Shown here in pieces: positions 26,785 through 40,582 of a DNA stretch of 64,000 nt (its first letter is position 1; the number at the start of each line of letters is the position of its first letter). A program made the position numbers and the translations under genes. The notes under the pieces were generated by a model. That model made no database searches and had not been told where the DNA came from. It saw only the letters and a list, made by a program, of their open reading frames with translations. The stretch is from the human T2T-CHM13v2.0 reference genome, Homo sapiens, in the NCBI RefSeq assembly GCF_009914755.1, contig NC_060930.1. One strand, written 5' to 3'.

Positions 26785-29050
26785 TGTATTAGTCTGTTCT
26801 CACATGGCTAGTAAAAACATATCTGAGACTAGGCAGTTTATAAAGGAAAGAGATTTAATAGACTCATGATTCCACATGGCTGGGGAGGCCTCACAATCAT
26901 GGCGGAAGACAAAGGAGAAGCAAAAGCCTGTCTTAACATGGCAGTAGGCAAGAGGGCTTGTGCAGGGGAACTCCCCTTTATAAAATCATTAGATCTAGTG
27001 AGACTTATTCACTGTCATGAGAACAGTATGGGAAAGACCCGCCCCCGTGATTTAATTACTTCCCATAGGGTCCCTCCCACGACATGTGGGAGCTATGGGA
27101 GTTACAATTGGAGATAAGATTTCGGTGGGGACACAGACGAACTGTATTATTCCTCTTGTGGCCCCACCCAAATCTTATGTGCTCACATTTCAAAACCAGT
27201 CATGCCTTCCCAACAGTCCCTCAAAGTTTTAACTCATTTCACATTAACTCTAAAGTACATAGTACAAAGTCTCTTCTGAGAAAAGGCAAGTCCCTTCTGC
27301 CTATGAGCCTGTGAAACAAAAGCAAGTTAGTTACTTCCTAGATACAATGGGGGTATAGGCATTGGGTAAACAGCCATTCCAAATGGGAGAAATTGGCCAA
27401 AATGAAGGGGGTATAGGCCCCTGCAAGTCTGAAATCCAGTGGGGCAGTCAAATCTTAAAGCTCCAAAATGATGTCCTTTGATTCCATGTCTCACATCCAG
27501 GTCATGCTGATGCAAGAGGTGGGCTCCCTGGCCTTCTGCAGCTCTACCTCTGTGGCTTTACATAGTACAGCACCCCCCACCCCGACCCCCCGGCTGTTTT
27601 CCCAGCCTGGCATTTAGTTTCTGTGGCTTTTCCAGGTGCACAGTGTGAGCATTTGGTGGATCTACCATCCTGGGGTCTGGAGGACAGTGGCCCTCTTCTC
27701 ACAGCTCCACTAGTCAGTGCCCCAGTGGGTACTCTGTGTGTGGGCTCACACCCCACATTTCCCTTCTGCACTGCCCTAGCAGAGGTTGTTCATAGGGGCT
27801 TCACCCCTGCAGCACACCTCTGCCTGGACATTTAGGCATTTCCATACCTCCTCTGAAATCTAGGTGGAGGTTCCCAAACCTCAATTCTTGATTTCTGTGC
27901 ACTCACAGGCTCAACATCACATGGAAGCTGTCAAAGCTTGGGGCTTCCAGCCTCTGAAGCCACTGCCTGAGCTGTACCTTGGCCCCATTTAGCCATGGTT
28001 GGAGCAGCTGGGACACAGGACTCAAAGTCCCTAGGCTGCACAAAGTAGGGGGTTACTGAGACCAGCCCAAGAAACCATTATTTCCTTCTACACTCTGGGC
28101 CTGTGATAGGAGAGGCTGCCACAGAAGTCCCTGACATGCTCTGGAGACATTTTCCCCATTTTCTTGGTGATTAACATTTGACTTCTAGTTACTTATGCAA
28201 CTTTCTGCAGCTACCTTGAATTTCTCTTCAGAAAATTTCTCCTATTGCATCCTCAGGCTGTAAACTTTTCAAACTTGTATGCTCTGCTTCCTATTGAATG
28301 CTTTGCTTCTTCAAAATTTCTTTCTCCAGATACTCTAAATCATCTATCTTAAGTTCAAAGTTCAACAGATCTCTAGGGTGGGGAGAAGAAATTCCCCCAG
28401 TCTCTTTGCTGAAGCATAACAAGAGTCACCTTTGCACCAGTTCCCAACAAGTTCCTCATCTCCATCTGAGGCACCTCAACCTGGAGTTCATTGTCCATAT
28501 GACTATCAGCATTTTCATCAAAATTATTCAACAACTCTCTAGAAAGTTCCAAACTTTCCCATATTATTTTGTCTTCTTCTGAGCCCTCCAAACTGTTCCA
28601 ACCTCTGCCTGTTACCCAGTTCCAAAGTTGCTTCATATTTTTGGGTGTTTTTACAGCAGTACCCCTTTCTACCAGTACCAATTTACTGTATTAGTCTGTT
28701 CTCATGCTTCTAACAAAGACATACTTGAGACTGGGTAATTTATAAAGGAAAGAGGTTTAATGGATTCACAGTTCCACATGGCTGGGGAGGCCTCACAGTC
28801 ATGGCAGAAGGTAAAGGAGAAGCAAAGGCATGTCTTGCATGGTGGCAGGCAAGAGGGAGTGTGAAGGAGAACTCCCCTTTATAAAACCATCAGATCTCAT
28901 GACACTTATTCACTATCATGAGAACAGCATGGGAAAGACCCACCCACATGATTCAATTACCTCCCACTGGGTCCCTCCCACAACACATGGGAATTATGGG
29001 AGCTAAAATTCAAGATGAGATTTGGGTGGGGACGAAACCAAACTATATCA
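26785..29050 (-). mobile_element. Complete THE1C MaLR provirus (LTR 26785-27149, internal 27150-28686, LTR 28687-29050)
   Basis: Two ~365-bp direct LTRs (TGTATTAGTC...TATCA) around THE1 internal sequence; 5-bp TSD CCCTG/CCTTG. Confidence 0.95.
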
Positions 29051-31495
29051 CCTTGGTACCCTTTCTAGCCATAAAAAGTAAACAATAAGGACTTTTATGT
29101 TAATATTCCTGCATTTATATGTAGCTCTTATAATATTAAAGTGAGATTACCTTGATTATTTTTTCCAGAGAGTAATTTTCTGCATTCCTCAACATAGGAG
29201 TGAAAAAAAAACTGTTGAAGTGAGATTTGTTTTGGCATGTGAATCATATAAATACAAAATTTACTTGCTTTAAGGGTCTTTGATCTGGCATTTAATGTAA
29301 ATTAAGTCATGCTTGTAAACAAGTTTTTTCTAAATCTTTATGAGTCTACTTGCCAGAGTAGTAAGCTCTTGGTCATCTTTTTCTGCCATTTTTTTGCAAG
29401 AAAAAATATATTTCAGTAAAAACATAATAAATATTATGGATCATCTTCTAGAAAGGATAAATATTTTATATCCCTTTCAATATAAGTGTGTATATTTAGA
29501 GGGAACTGTGCATCTCAATTATGGAAACTTATTTGTTTTTTTCATCAGCATACAGATAAATTAATGCATTAGTATTGTCTGAAACTGTAACAAATTCTTG
29601 ACATGATCCCCATCCTGCCCTCACTGGGGATAACCACTATTCTCCATTATAACTAAACACTTATTTATTATATAAGACATATTATATCTTGAAACTTATT
29701 CTGATAAAAACAGTATTCAATGAAAGATATTAAAATGTAACATTTTAGTGACTATTCTTGTTAATAAACTTGAATAGTCTCAATGTTGTAGAAGATAGGC
29801 ATTGTATTGCCTGTTTATTCATTTTGTTTAATACCATTGTTCACTTTAGCTGGAAATATTATCACTTTGAGGGATCTCTCTTTCCTTCCTTATGATATTT
29901 GAACAGAGAAGGCAGCAGGAAGCAGAGGCACCTTTTTTCTCTGAGACTCTGTGAAGTGTACATCTGTACCTGTGCCATCTATGCTTGTTCTTTGTATTTC
30001 CAAAAGCCAATGTGAAAATGGGTCATTCTGTTCTTAGTAAAGGAGTAATATTCTTCCTGCCAAAATTAATGGATATCACATCATTCACATCATTGATCAG
30101 TATCCCTTTCATATTTATATTAGAACAGAACATTGAGACGTTTATTGGATCCATTCCCTTTGCCTCATTTCTTCTTATGCAGTTTATCCTAAAATGAAGA
30201 TCAGGGACAACACTGCTTGGTGTTCTGTTCTAACTTCTGTGTTTGTACCTTCAGCATATGTTTTGATTACAGTAGAAGTCGCATAAAATCTGAGTTTTCT
30301 GCCCAACTTCTACACATTTCAGGAAAGAGGTTGTTACTGCAACCAACAAAAAAGAAAACCGATAAAAAACAAAGATTTAAAGTAGACTACATCACTAAAG
30401 CATATTGTGTTTGATGCTGAAATATTTTAAAAACATATAAAATTTAAAAACTCATCTCTGATAATCTATTTTTGTTTTACAGTTCTGAATACTCATTGTA
30501 CCTTTCTTAAGGAAGCTGATACTTGATATGAAGAAACTGAGGCACCGAATTTAGGTTTTTGTGAACTGTTTATAAATTAAATCATTTGCATCATTAGAAC
30601 ACAATACAAAATTGAAGAAAAGATTAATAAAAAGGCCCCTTTCAGTAAACTTAAAGAAGACATAAACAGATGATCAAGATATCTCAATTTGTTTGCTATA
30701 AATGAAGAAACAGAAATAGTTTTTCAGAGCTGCTATTTTATTATTTATGTTTGGTAGGACATTTTTTAAAGAGAAAGAGAAACAAGACTATGGAATATAT
30801 AACCATCACTCCTCATTCATTTACTCTCACAAATATTTACTGAACACTTTACTGTAAGTAAAATTGAGTAAAAGCACAATTCTTTGCCTTTCTACTTGTA
30901 CTTTTTAAATTGAATCATCTGACTCATAACAGTGAAATTATAGCTCATAGGATTTTTCAACACAGGGAAGCATTATGTTATGACTAAACAAGTACACATT
31001 TAAAAAGTTTGATTAGTGGGTGCACACACACGTACAAACACGTAACAATATATAGCATGTATATGTGTGTGTCAAACAGTATTATATATTTTTTTACATA
31101 AGAACACTGTTTAATCTTTTGAAAGGTGGTTACAAACCAACAGAAAGACATTTCTCTTATATTAACTAGTATGTTAATTAATAAATTAAGATTATTTAAT
31201 TTCTCCTATCAAGACTTAAAGTCTAGTAATAATTATTACCTATATTAAGTCCTTTCAATTTGTGTAATATATTTACTGTATTACATCTCTTCATATTTTA
31301 GTATTATATTACTCTGAATACTATCTTCTCCAATCATTGGACATTTTCTTTTCTAAAAGTGACTCAAAAAGAAGGCAACTTTTATATTCTTTTACCTTAC
31401 ATTTTTATATCTCTTGGATCATATAAAGATTTATTTTAAAAGGAAAAGGCAATTTAAAATTTTTGCCTTATAGGCTTATAAATCTCTCTTTCCCA

Positions 31496-31552
31496 TCTAT
31501 ATATATCTATACATATAGACATAGATATATATAGACATATCTATATAGATAT
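31496..31552. repeat. AT-rich palindromic simple repeat
   Basis: TCTATATATATCTAT-10 nt-ATAGATATATATAGA inverted repeat. Confidence 0.85.
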
Positions 31553-31693
31553 GGGCCTTTGGGGCAATTTATTAAAAAATTCTATCCTCTCCCCTGATTG
31601 TACTGCCTTTAATTATATTAACTAGGTTTGCATGAGATTTCTCTGAAAGTTAATTGAACCCATGTAAAACCTAGGCATTTGGTAATCATACTC

Positions 31694-32335
31694 TTTTTTT
31701 ATTATTATTATACTTTAAGGTCTAGGGTACAAGTGCACAACGTGCAAGTTTTTTACATATGTATACATGTGCTATGTTGGTGTGCTGCACCCATTAACTC
31801 ATCATTTACATTAGGTATATCTCCTAATGCTATCCCTCCCCCCTCCCCCTACCCCATGACAGGCCCCAGTTAGTGCTGTTCCCCATCCTGTGTCCAAGTG
31901 TTCTCATTGTTCAATTCCCACCTATGAGTGAGAACATGCGGTGTTTGGTTTTCTGTCCTTGAGATAGTTTGCTCAGAATGATGATTTCCAGCTTCATCCA
32001 TGTCCCTACAAAGGACATGAACTCATCCTTTTTTATGGCTGCATAGTATTCCATGGTGTATATGTGCCACATTTTCTTAATCCAGTCTATCATTGATGGA
32101 CATTTGGGTTGGTTCCAAGTCTTCACTATTGTGAATAATGCCACAATAAACATACCTGTGCATGTGTCTGTATAGCAGCATGATTTATAATCTTTTGGGT
32201 ATATACCCAGTAATGGGATTGCTGGGTCAAATGGTATTTCTAGTTCTAGATCCTTGAGGAATTGCCACACTGTCTTCCACAATGGTTGAACTAGTTTATA
32301 GTCCCACCAACAGTGTAAAAGTGTTCCTATTTCTC
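31694..32335 (-). mobile_element. 5'-truncated L1PA (about PA5) with ORF2 C-terminus
   Basis: ORF 31911-32282 translates to the L1 ORF2 C-terminus ([22 protein letters not shown]...FSLIGGN); L1PA 3'UTR; possible short TSD CTCTTT. Confidence 0.95.
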
Positions 32336-32819
32336 TTTGCCTAGGTGGATATAAAATTGAGTTCCAATTCTAATGTGTCCAGACAATTTTAACCATTTAG
32401 TTTTAAAATGTAATAAAAGATAAATAAACAATAACTTGCTCAGTTTTCTTTCAATTACATCAATGGTTAGAAAAGCCAAATTCAGTCAGCTCAAGATGAG
32501 TTATTTACAAATCAGCCTACTTGGAAACAGATTAGCAATTTAAATAGCTAAGTTAATAAGATCCAATTATAGCTAATTTGCCCATCCTTTCTTTCCCTTG
32601 CCCTCCCACAGGCTTCAGAGTGTGACTGCTTTGCATGAATTCCTGGGAGCAATGGGGAGGCTTGTGGGGCAGGCGAGTTTGCAAGAAAAACAAACACAGT
32701 CATTTTTATTATTACACTTGTTGCAGCTGTACTGGACTCTGCAGCCTAGCAGTATGTGGGGGCACCAGCATAGCCCAAGTCTCTCACAGTTCTAAACTTT
32801 TCGGTTAAAGATTATAGAC

Positions 32820-33038
32820 ATATGTATACTTTATATATATATATGTATGTATGTATGTATGTATAAGTATATATATATATGTGTGTGTATGTATATAAAA
32901 AGTATATATTTCTTTTTATCAGTAAAGCTTACAAGCAACCTCTACTAGCATACCAGATGGGATAAGGAAAGGAAAGGATTGATACAGAAAAAACATCTGA
33001 GATTAAACACACACACACACGCACACACATACACACAC
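32820..33038. repeat. (TA)/(TATG)n and (CA)n microsatellites flanking a unique ~82-bp segment
   Basis: Seen directly in sequence. Confidence 0.85.
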
Positions 33039-34505
33039 AAGAGTATGTATTATATAATGTATGTGGGTATATTCATGTGTCTACACATATGCAAAATGCT
33101 ATTCTGATTCCTTGATTTCCTTCCTCTCTTATCTGGCTCACTTTTTCTAATACTCCTTCATTTCACACTTCTCCCACTTTGTTTTCATACAGCCTATTCT
33201 CTGAAATTTTTCAAAGCTTTCCCCCTCTTGTCGTTTAATTCTGTAATCCTTTTCCATCTTTCAAATACTAAATCCTCCTGCTCTGTGCCTTAAAATTTTT
33301 TTGAAAGCCTACCTTTGTTCATTTTTATGTCAACATCTATGCCTCTACAATGTTAACTCATTGATGTTTATAAACATCTTTGTTTTATTATTTAAGAAAT
33401 GTCAGTGTTATCAGTAATAATATATTTTAAATTTATGAGATTTTAGAGGACTTTTCCTTATTGCAGGACAGATTAACTTTACATTGATTTTCTCGTTACC
33501 TGTGCTAAAATACATCTGAATTTTATTTATTTTGCCAAGCACTGTGTTTTTCAAGAAAGATATTTGTATATTCATATTACATTTTTGTAATTGAAAAGCT
33601 ACAGGATGTGAAGGCAAATAGTTGAGGAATTTGGGGATAGACATTACTAAGAAAATTAACAAATATGGCATCTAGAGCTTAGAAGCAGCTTCTGCTAGTA
33701 GTGTACTATATGGGATAAGGAAAAGATAGGATTGATATAGAAAAATCGTCTAAGATTTATGTTTAGGGATGTGATAGAACAAAGCATCCTTAAGAATTGT
33801 TAAATAGTTAAAATATCTTTCAAATAATAAAAAATAGAAATAGGGGGTGCAATTGGTTAAAAAAATGGGAAAGATGGTTTGTTAGTTAAGAAACTATATT
33901 CTGCACTTGTACATACCAGATCACTTCTGGTATGTACAAGAAAAAAGAAATAATGTTTCAAGTTTGATGATTATTTTTACCTTTAATATAACATTTGTTT
34001 CAGACAGATTATATTCCCCTGATCCAGGAAATGATGAACACATATACCTATCAGGTTAGCCCTCAGAATGTTTAGTGGACATAATATTTCATATACCCAG
34101 ATTACTCATATTTTAACATCACTGAATGGCCTTTAGAAAAGGATTTGTAATGAATTAGAATGCATAACGTGAATTTTAGAACAACACACCTGCTGAACGT
34201 CGGCCTCTCCCACTGCTAAGTTGCACAGTCAAAACAAGCCCTTTCACGTTGGAGAATACATTTTTAAAAAATAAAGAAAGGGGAAAAATAACAAAATGAA
34301 TATTTAATAAGTTCACATAAGGATATACAGGAAATAATATGTCTTTGTTTAATGGACACTTAGGCTCATTTTTTATACTTAAATTATCAGTTTTAGATAA
34401 AGCAGATCTTAAGATTATCAGTTATGTTATAATAGCCGTGATTATTAGACAGTAGTCATAAAAATGAGAAATTTACAACTCAGCCACTTCAAGAGTGCTT
34501 TTCCT

Positions 34506-34793
34506 GGCCAGGCGTGGTGGCTCATGCCTGTAATCCCAGCACTTTGGGAGGCGGAAGTGGGTGGATCAGAAGGTCACGAGATCAAGACCATCCTGGCCAA
34601 CATGGTGAAACCCTGTCTCTACTAAAAATACAAAAATTAGCCGAGCATGGTGGCACATGCCTGTAATCTCAGCTGCTTGGGAGGCTTAGGCAGGAGAATC
34701 GCTTGAACTTGGGAGGCAGAGGTTGCAGTGAGCCAGGATGGCGCCACTGCTCCAGCCTGGCAACAGAGTGAGATTCCGTCTCAAAAAAAAAAA
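34506..34793 (+). mobile_element. AluSc
   Basis: ACCATCCTGGCCAACATGG and CCTGGCAACAGAG; TSD AGTGCTTTTCCT at 34494 and 34794. Confidence 0.93.
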
Positions 34794-35357
34794 AGTGCTT
34801 TTCCTACTTAAATTACTCAAGTATGTTTCAGATAATTCATTACTACTATGCATGCATTGTATAACTAGTCCATGCTAAGTATAAGATGCCTGGGAACTAT
34901 GTGTATAGAAGATCTAGAGTACAGGGAAATTCCTTTTGCTTAGATTGGCTAATCCAAGGCCAATTATTTGATAAGGTTATTGTACCTAAGTCACTAATAC
35001 ATACCTGTCTATCTCTATTCTTTGTTGCTAAAGTTAAGGCTTTGAGGTAGCCATTGTTTCTTCTAGTACTCAACTCACAAATAGTGTGTATTGCTGGTCT
35101 GAGACATGCAGTAGGAGATCGGATGCATGATACATGTGGTTCTGTTCTTCTCCCAATATACCCCCAGCTCTAGAGGAATGGTGATATCACAACAGCACGA
35201 AGAACACCTCCCAATTTCCTGGCAGCAAAGCCTAGATGAGAAGCAATGAATGGAAAGGAAAAAAAAAAATGAACAAACAAAATCAGAAAGAGTGAATGTC
35301 CTAAAGGAGTGGAAGTCTATTCTTCCTTTCATGGCCCTTCCTTCCAATATGTTGTTA

Positions 35358-35585
35358 ATTGGTCAAAGGGTACAAAGTTCCCGTTAGGTTGAATAAGTTC
35401 TGGGTATCTATTGTGCATCATGATGACTGTAGTTAATAATAGTGTATTGTATACTTGAAATTTGCTAAGAGCAGATTTAAGTGTTCTTACCACAATAGAC
35501 GTAAGTGTGTGAGGTGATGGATATGTTAATTAGCTTGATGTGCGAAAAAGTCACATTGTACACTGTAAATAAAAAACATTAAGAA
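35358..35585 (+). mobile_element. L1MA (about MA8-MA9) 3' end
   Basis: TGGTCAAAGGGTACAAAGTT...GTATACTTGAAATTTGCTAAGAG...GAGGTGATGGATATGTTAATTAGCTTGAT. Confidence 0.85.
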
Positions 35586-35601
35586 AACAACACCTTAGCA
35601 T

Positions 35602-36112
35602 TGTGGGGATTCAGAACATCATGCCCCAGAATATGGCCCCTTGACAACAGAGAAAAGTACAGAGCAAGTTACTCTGACCTTCTCCTGCCTTTCTCCCCTG
35701 AAACAAGTTCATAAAGGAATTCTCTGACCTACCTTGCCTAAAAGTGAGTATAACACCTTCATTCCTGAGAGATCCTGCCCTGTACCTGGGATGGAAGGAA
35801 TATTATACTGAGACACAGGAAATAATTTGAACAAACAGGCCTTGCTGAAGTTTCTTACTGTTTATTACCATTAGATCCCACCCCTTATTGTCCAATCATG
35901 TTTCTCTACAACTATCCAGTTATTTCATCAGACTTAGCATAAATGTACAGTTTGGGGGTTTTTGGGTCTTTATTTTTGAAGGTTCCTGTGTTATGTAAAA
36001 CTTTTTAAAAATGAATTTGCCATGCTTTTCTCTTATTGATCTGTCTTTTGTTACAGGACTTTCAGCCAGGACCCTGGCAATGAGTAAGGAACATATATTT
36101 TTCTCTTCTACA
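35602..36112 (+). mobile_element. ERV1 solo LTR (MER34-like)
   Basis: TGTGGGG...CTACA termini; 4-bp TSD GCAT/GTAT; GAACAAACAGGCCTTGCT motif. Confidence 0.8.
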
Positions 36113-36499
36113 GTATTCATATTCATATTTTGCCAATATTCTCTTAACCAAATTAGTGAATTGCAGGGCTGTCTATTTCCATAGTAGCTCAGTTGATTGT
36201 TCCTAGTAACTCTTTATGAATATTACCTTGTTCTTCAATGCTCCTTTCCTTTTATCATCAGTAAGCTATAATATTTACTAGCTAGTATCCTCAATATGCA
36301 TCTCATCTGTGAATAATCGTAGCCATGTGAAGCAAGCCTATAAAGGGATGACAAATCTGGGATATCCATGACACTACTCCCCTCTCCTGCTTTTAAGAGA
36401 CACTCATCATCAATCATTGCTTTCTTTTTCCTACTGAACTATGCAGGCATCACAGTTGTTCTTGACCTTGTGTTCAGACAGCCACCACTGATCAATCAG

Positions 36500-38090
<1,591 letters not shown>

Positions 38091-38188
38091 ATTTTAGAAT
38101 CTAACTCTGAATGAGGAGTGAAATGCAACTTGATCCATTGTGTTCAATGTTCAAGAACAGAAGCATGATGGCTATTAAGTAGGGCCAC

Positions 38189-38357
38189 TTGAGGTGGGGG
38201 GAGGGGGGAGGGATAGCATTAGGAGATATACCTAATGCTAAATGACGAGTTAATGGGTGCAGCACACCAGCATGGCACATGTATGCATATGTAACAAACC
38301 TGCCCATGTACCCTAAAACTTAAAGTATAATAATAATAAAATAAATTTAAAAAAAAA
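38189..38357 (+). mobile_element. Very short L1PA3-like 3' end
   Basis: CCTAATGCTAAATGACGAG...GCACACCAGCATGG...CCCTAAAACTTAAAGTATAATAAT plus A tail. Confidence 0.92.
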
Positions 38358-39170
38358 GGAAATGGACTATGGGATCACAAATCTCTTAGTGGCAATATAA
38401 CGAAATGTAATATTTTAGCAAAATAAATACACATTGTTTGGTCTTTGGACTTGCATCATTCTTTTAGGTCATTCTAAAAGTTTGTTTATATACATGTATA
38501 CACGTGTATATATACGTGTATATACGTGTATACACGTATATATGTGTATATATACAAGTATATAAGTGTATATACATATATACGCATATACGTGTATATA
38601 CGTATATATACGTATATGTGTATATATATACATATATATGTATATATGTGTGTGTCTATATATACACATATATGTATATATATGTGTATATATATATATA
38701 TAGTTTTCAAGATGATGCTCTTCAGACTTGTTCAAAGCAACCAGAAATAAGCAATTTATTCCTGTTTCTCTGAGATTGCTTTTAGAAATGATATATAAGT
38801 ACTAGAATTTTTTTTATAGTTTGATACTGATAATTGTGGGCTGTTCTTTTTTAGATAATTTGAACGTAAGTGCTAAAATTGTGTTTGGTTTTGGTTACTT
38901 TATATGTTTTAACTTTTATTAATTGCTTATTATTTCTACTATTGTTTAACAATTAAACATGTCTGGGATGTCTGTCTATTGTGACGGAAAGTGCTTTGCA
39001 TCCTGTTTATTTCTTAGTGAAATTCTTGAATTTTCTTTTACTTGCTTGTCATATGTTCTTTTAAAAGTCAATAATCATATTCATACACTTACAATCCTTC
39101 TGGATTTCTGGACTCGTAGGAAAAAAATAAAATAAATATTTACCGTTCATTTTATTTAAAAAAAAAAAAA
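38358..39170 (+). mobile_element. L1 3'-transduced unique sequence with second poly(A)
   Basis: AATAAA at 39126 and 39131, A13 at 39158-39170, TSD AAGTAGGGCC(A/G)C at 38177-38188 and 39169-39180. Confidence 0.85.
38487..38702. repeat. ~216-bp alternating purine-pyrimidine (TA/TG/CA/CG) repeat
   Basis: Seen directly in sequence; 8 CpGs counted. Confidence 0.95.
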
Positions 39171-39434
39171 GTAGGGCCGCAGTAATTGACAGCATTTGAA
39201 AAGATAAGGAAGCACATACCCCAGTTCTTCTCTATACTTTTCAAAGTTGTAAATTTGATAAAGAAAGATTTAGATAAAATCCAGCAAACATTTATTGGTA
39301 CCTACTGTGTGCCAGCCTTTAAGTTTATTACTTTTAAGCCTAACGAAAACAAAATCAACCTTGGTTTAGTTTAGAGAAGTGAGGTTTAGTATTAAAATAG
39401 AATTAACATGCAGACCAGCAGGGATTCTTTAAGA

Positions 39435-40124
39435 CAGGGATCCCCAACCCCCAGGTCACAGACTAGGACCAGTCCATTGCCTGTTAGGAACCAGGCAACA
39501 GCAGCAGGAGGTGAGTGGTAGGAGACCGAGCGAAGCTTTATCTGTATTTACAGCCGCTCCCCATTGCTTTCATTAATGTCTTAGCTCTGCTTCCTGTTAG
39601 ATCAGTGGCAGCATTAGATTCTCATAGGACTGAGAACTCTACTGTGAACTGTGCATGTGAGAGATCTAGGTTGCGTGCTCCTTATAAGAATCTAATGCCA
39701 GGCCAGGTGCAGTGGTTCACACCTGTAATCCCAGCACTTTGGGATGCTGAGGCAGGCATTTAAGACCAGCCTGGCCAACATGGTGAAACCCCATCTCTAC
39801 AAAAACAAACAAACAAACAAACAAAACAAAAACATAAAAACAAAAAAACAATCTAATGCCTAATGACCTGTCACTGTCTCCCATCACCCCCATATGGGAC
39901 TGTCTAGTGCAGGAAAACATGGTCAGGGCTCCCACTGATTCTACATTATGGTGAGTTATAATTTTTTCATTATATATTACAATGTAATAACAGTAGAAAT
40001 AAAATTCACAATACATGTAATGCACTTGAATCATCCCAAAACCATCCTCACACCCCCACTGATCCATGGAAATATTGTTTTCCACGAAACCCATCCCTGG
40101 TGCCAAAAAGGTTGGGGACCACTG
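39435..40124 (+). mobile_element. MER1A hAT-Charlie DNA transposon, complete, Alu-interrupted
   Basis: TIRs CAGGGATCCCCAACC / GGTTGGGGACCACTG; perfect 8-bp TSD CTTTAAGA at 39427 and 40125. Confidence 0.93.
39701..39849 (+). mobile_element. Alu left monomer only, with A-rich tail
   Basis: TSD AATCTAATGCC at 39689 and 39850; AluS-type CTGGCCAACATGGTGAAACCCC; ~20-nt internal deletion. Confidence 0.9.
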
Positions 40125-40459
40125 CTTTAAGATGTTCCATTGCCTCCATATTCACTTAATAGTCTTGTAACTGTGAACAGAAAAGTTGGCTATCCCGTCA
40201 TTTCCACAAAACTTTGCTTTTGATTCTTCCTTTATTCTTACTCAGTGGTTCTTACTATGTAGAATGCAAAATCATCAGGACAATGATGGTGTACAAGATG
40301 TTATATATTGGATTTCCATGGATGATTTAAAGTATTTACAGTCTTTTCTCTATATGCCAAATGTGCTTACTTAGACTCTGTTATCACTTAAGATGGGATG
40401 CCAGTTAAGAAGTAACTCCATGATAGCTATCAACACTAGCTTTACAGATGACTTCACAA

Positions 40460-40582
40460 TTACATAGGACACTCCTGGAAAGCATGAACATACTCTTATG
40501 TATTTCTGTATCCTCTAAGCCTAAGTTAGTGTCTGGAATGAATTAAGTGCCCAATAAATCTTCGTTAAACTGAACTAAACTG
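40460..40582 (+). mobile_element. L2 3' end
   Basis: TGTATCCTCTAAGCCTAAGTTAGTGTCTGG...GTGCCCAATAAATCTTCGTTAAACTGAACT. Confidence 0.65.

Noticed and set aside
26866-28681. ORFs in THE1C
   Set aside because: Short, disrupted MaLR LTR or internal frames.
38469-38773. Four overlapping Y/I/T/H-rich ORFs
   Set aside because: Translations of the TA/TG simple repeat.
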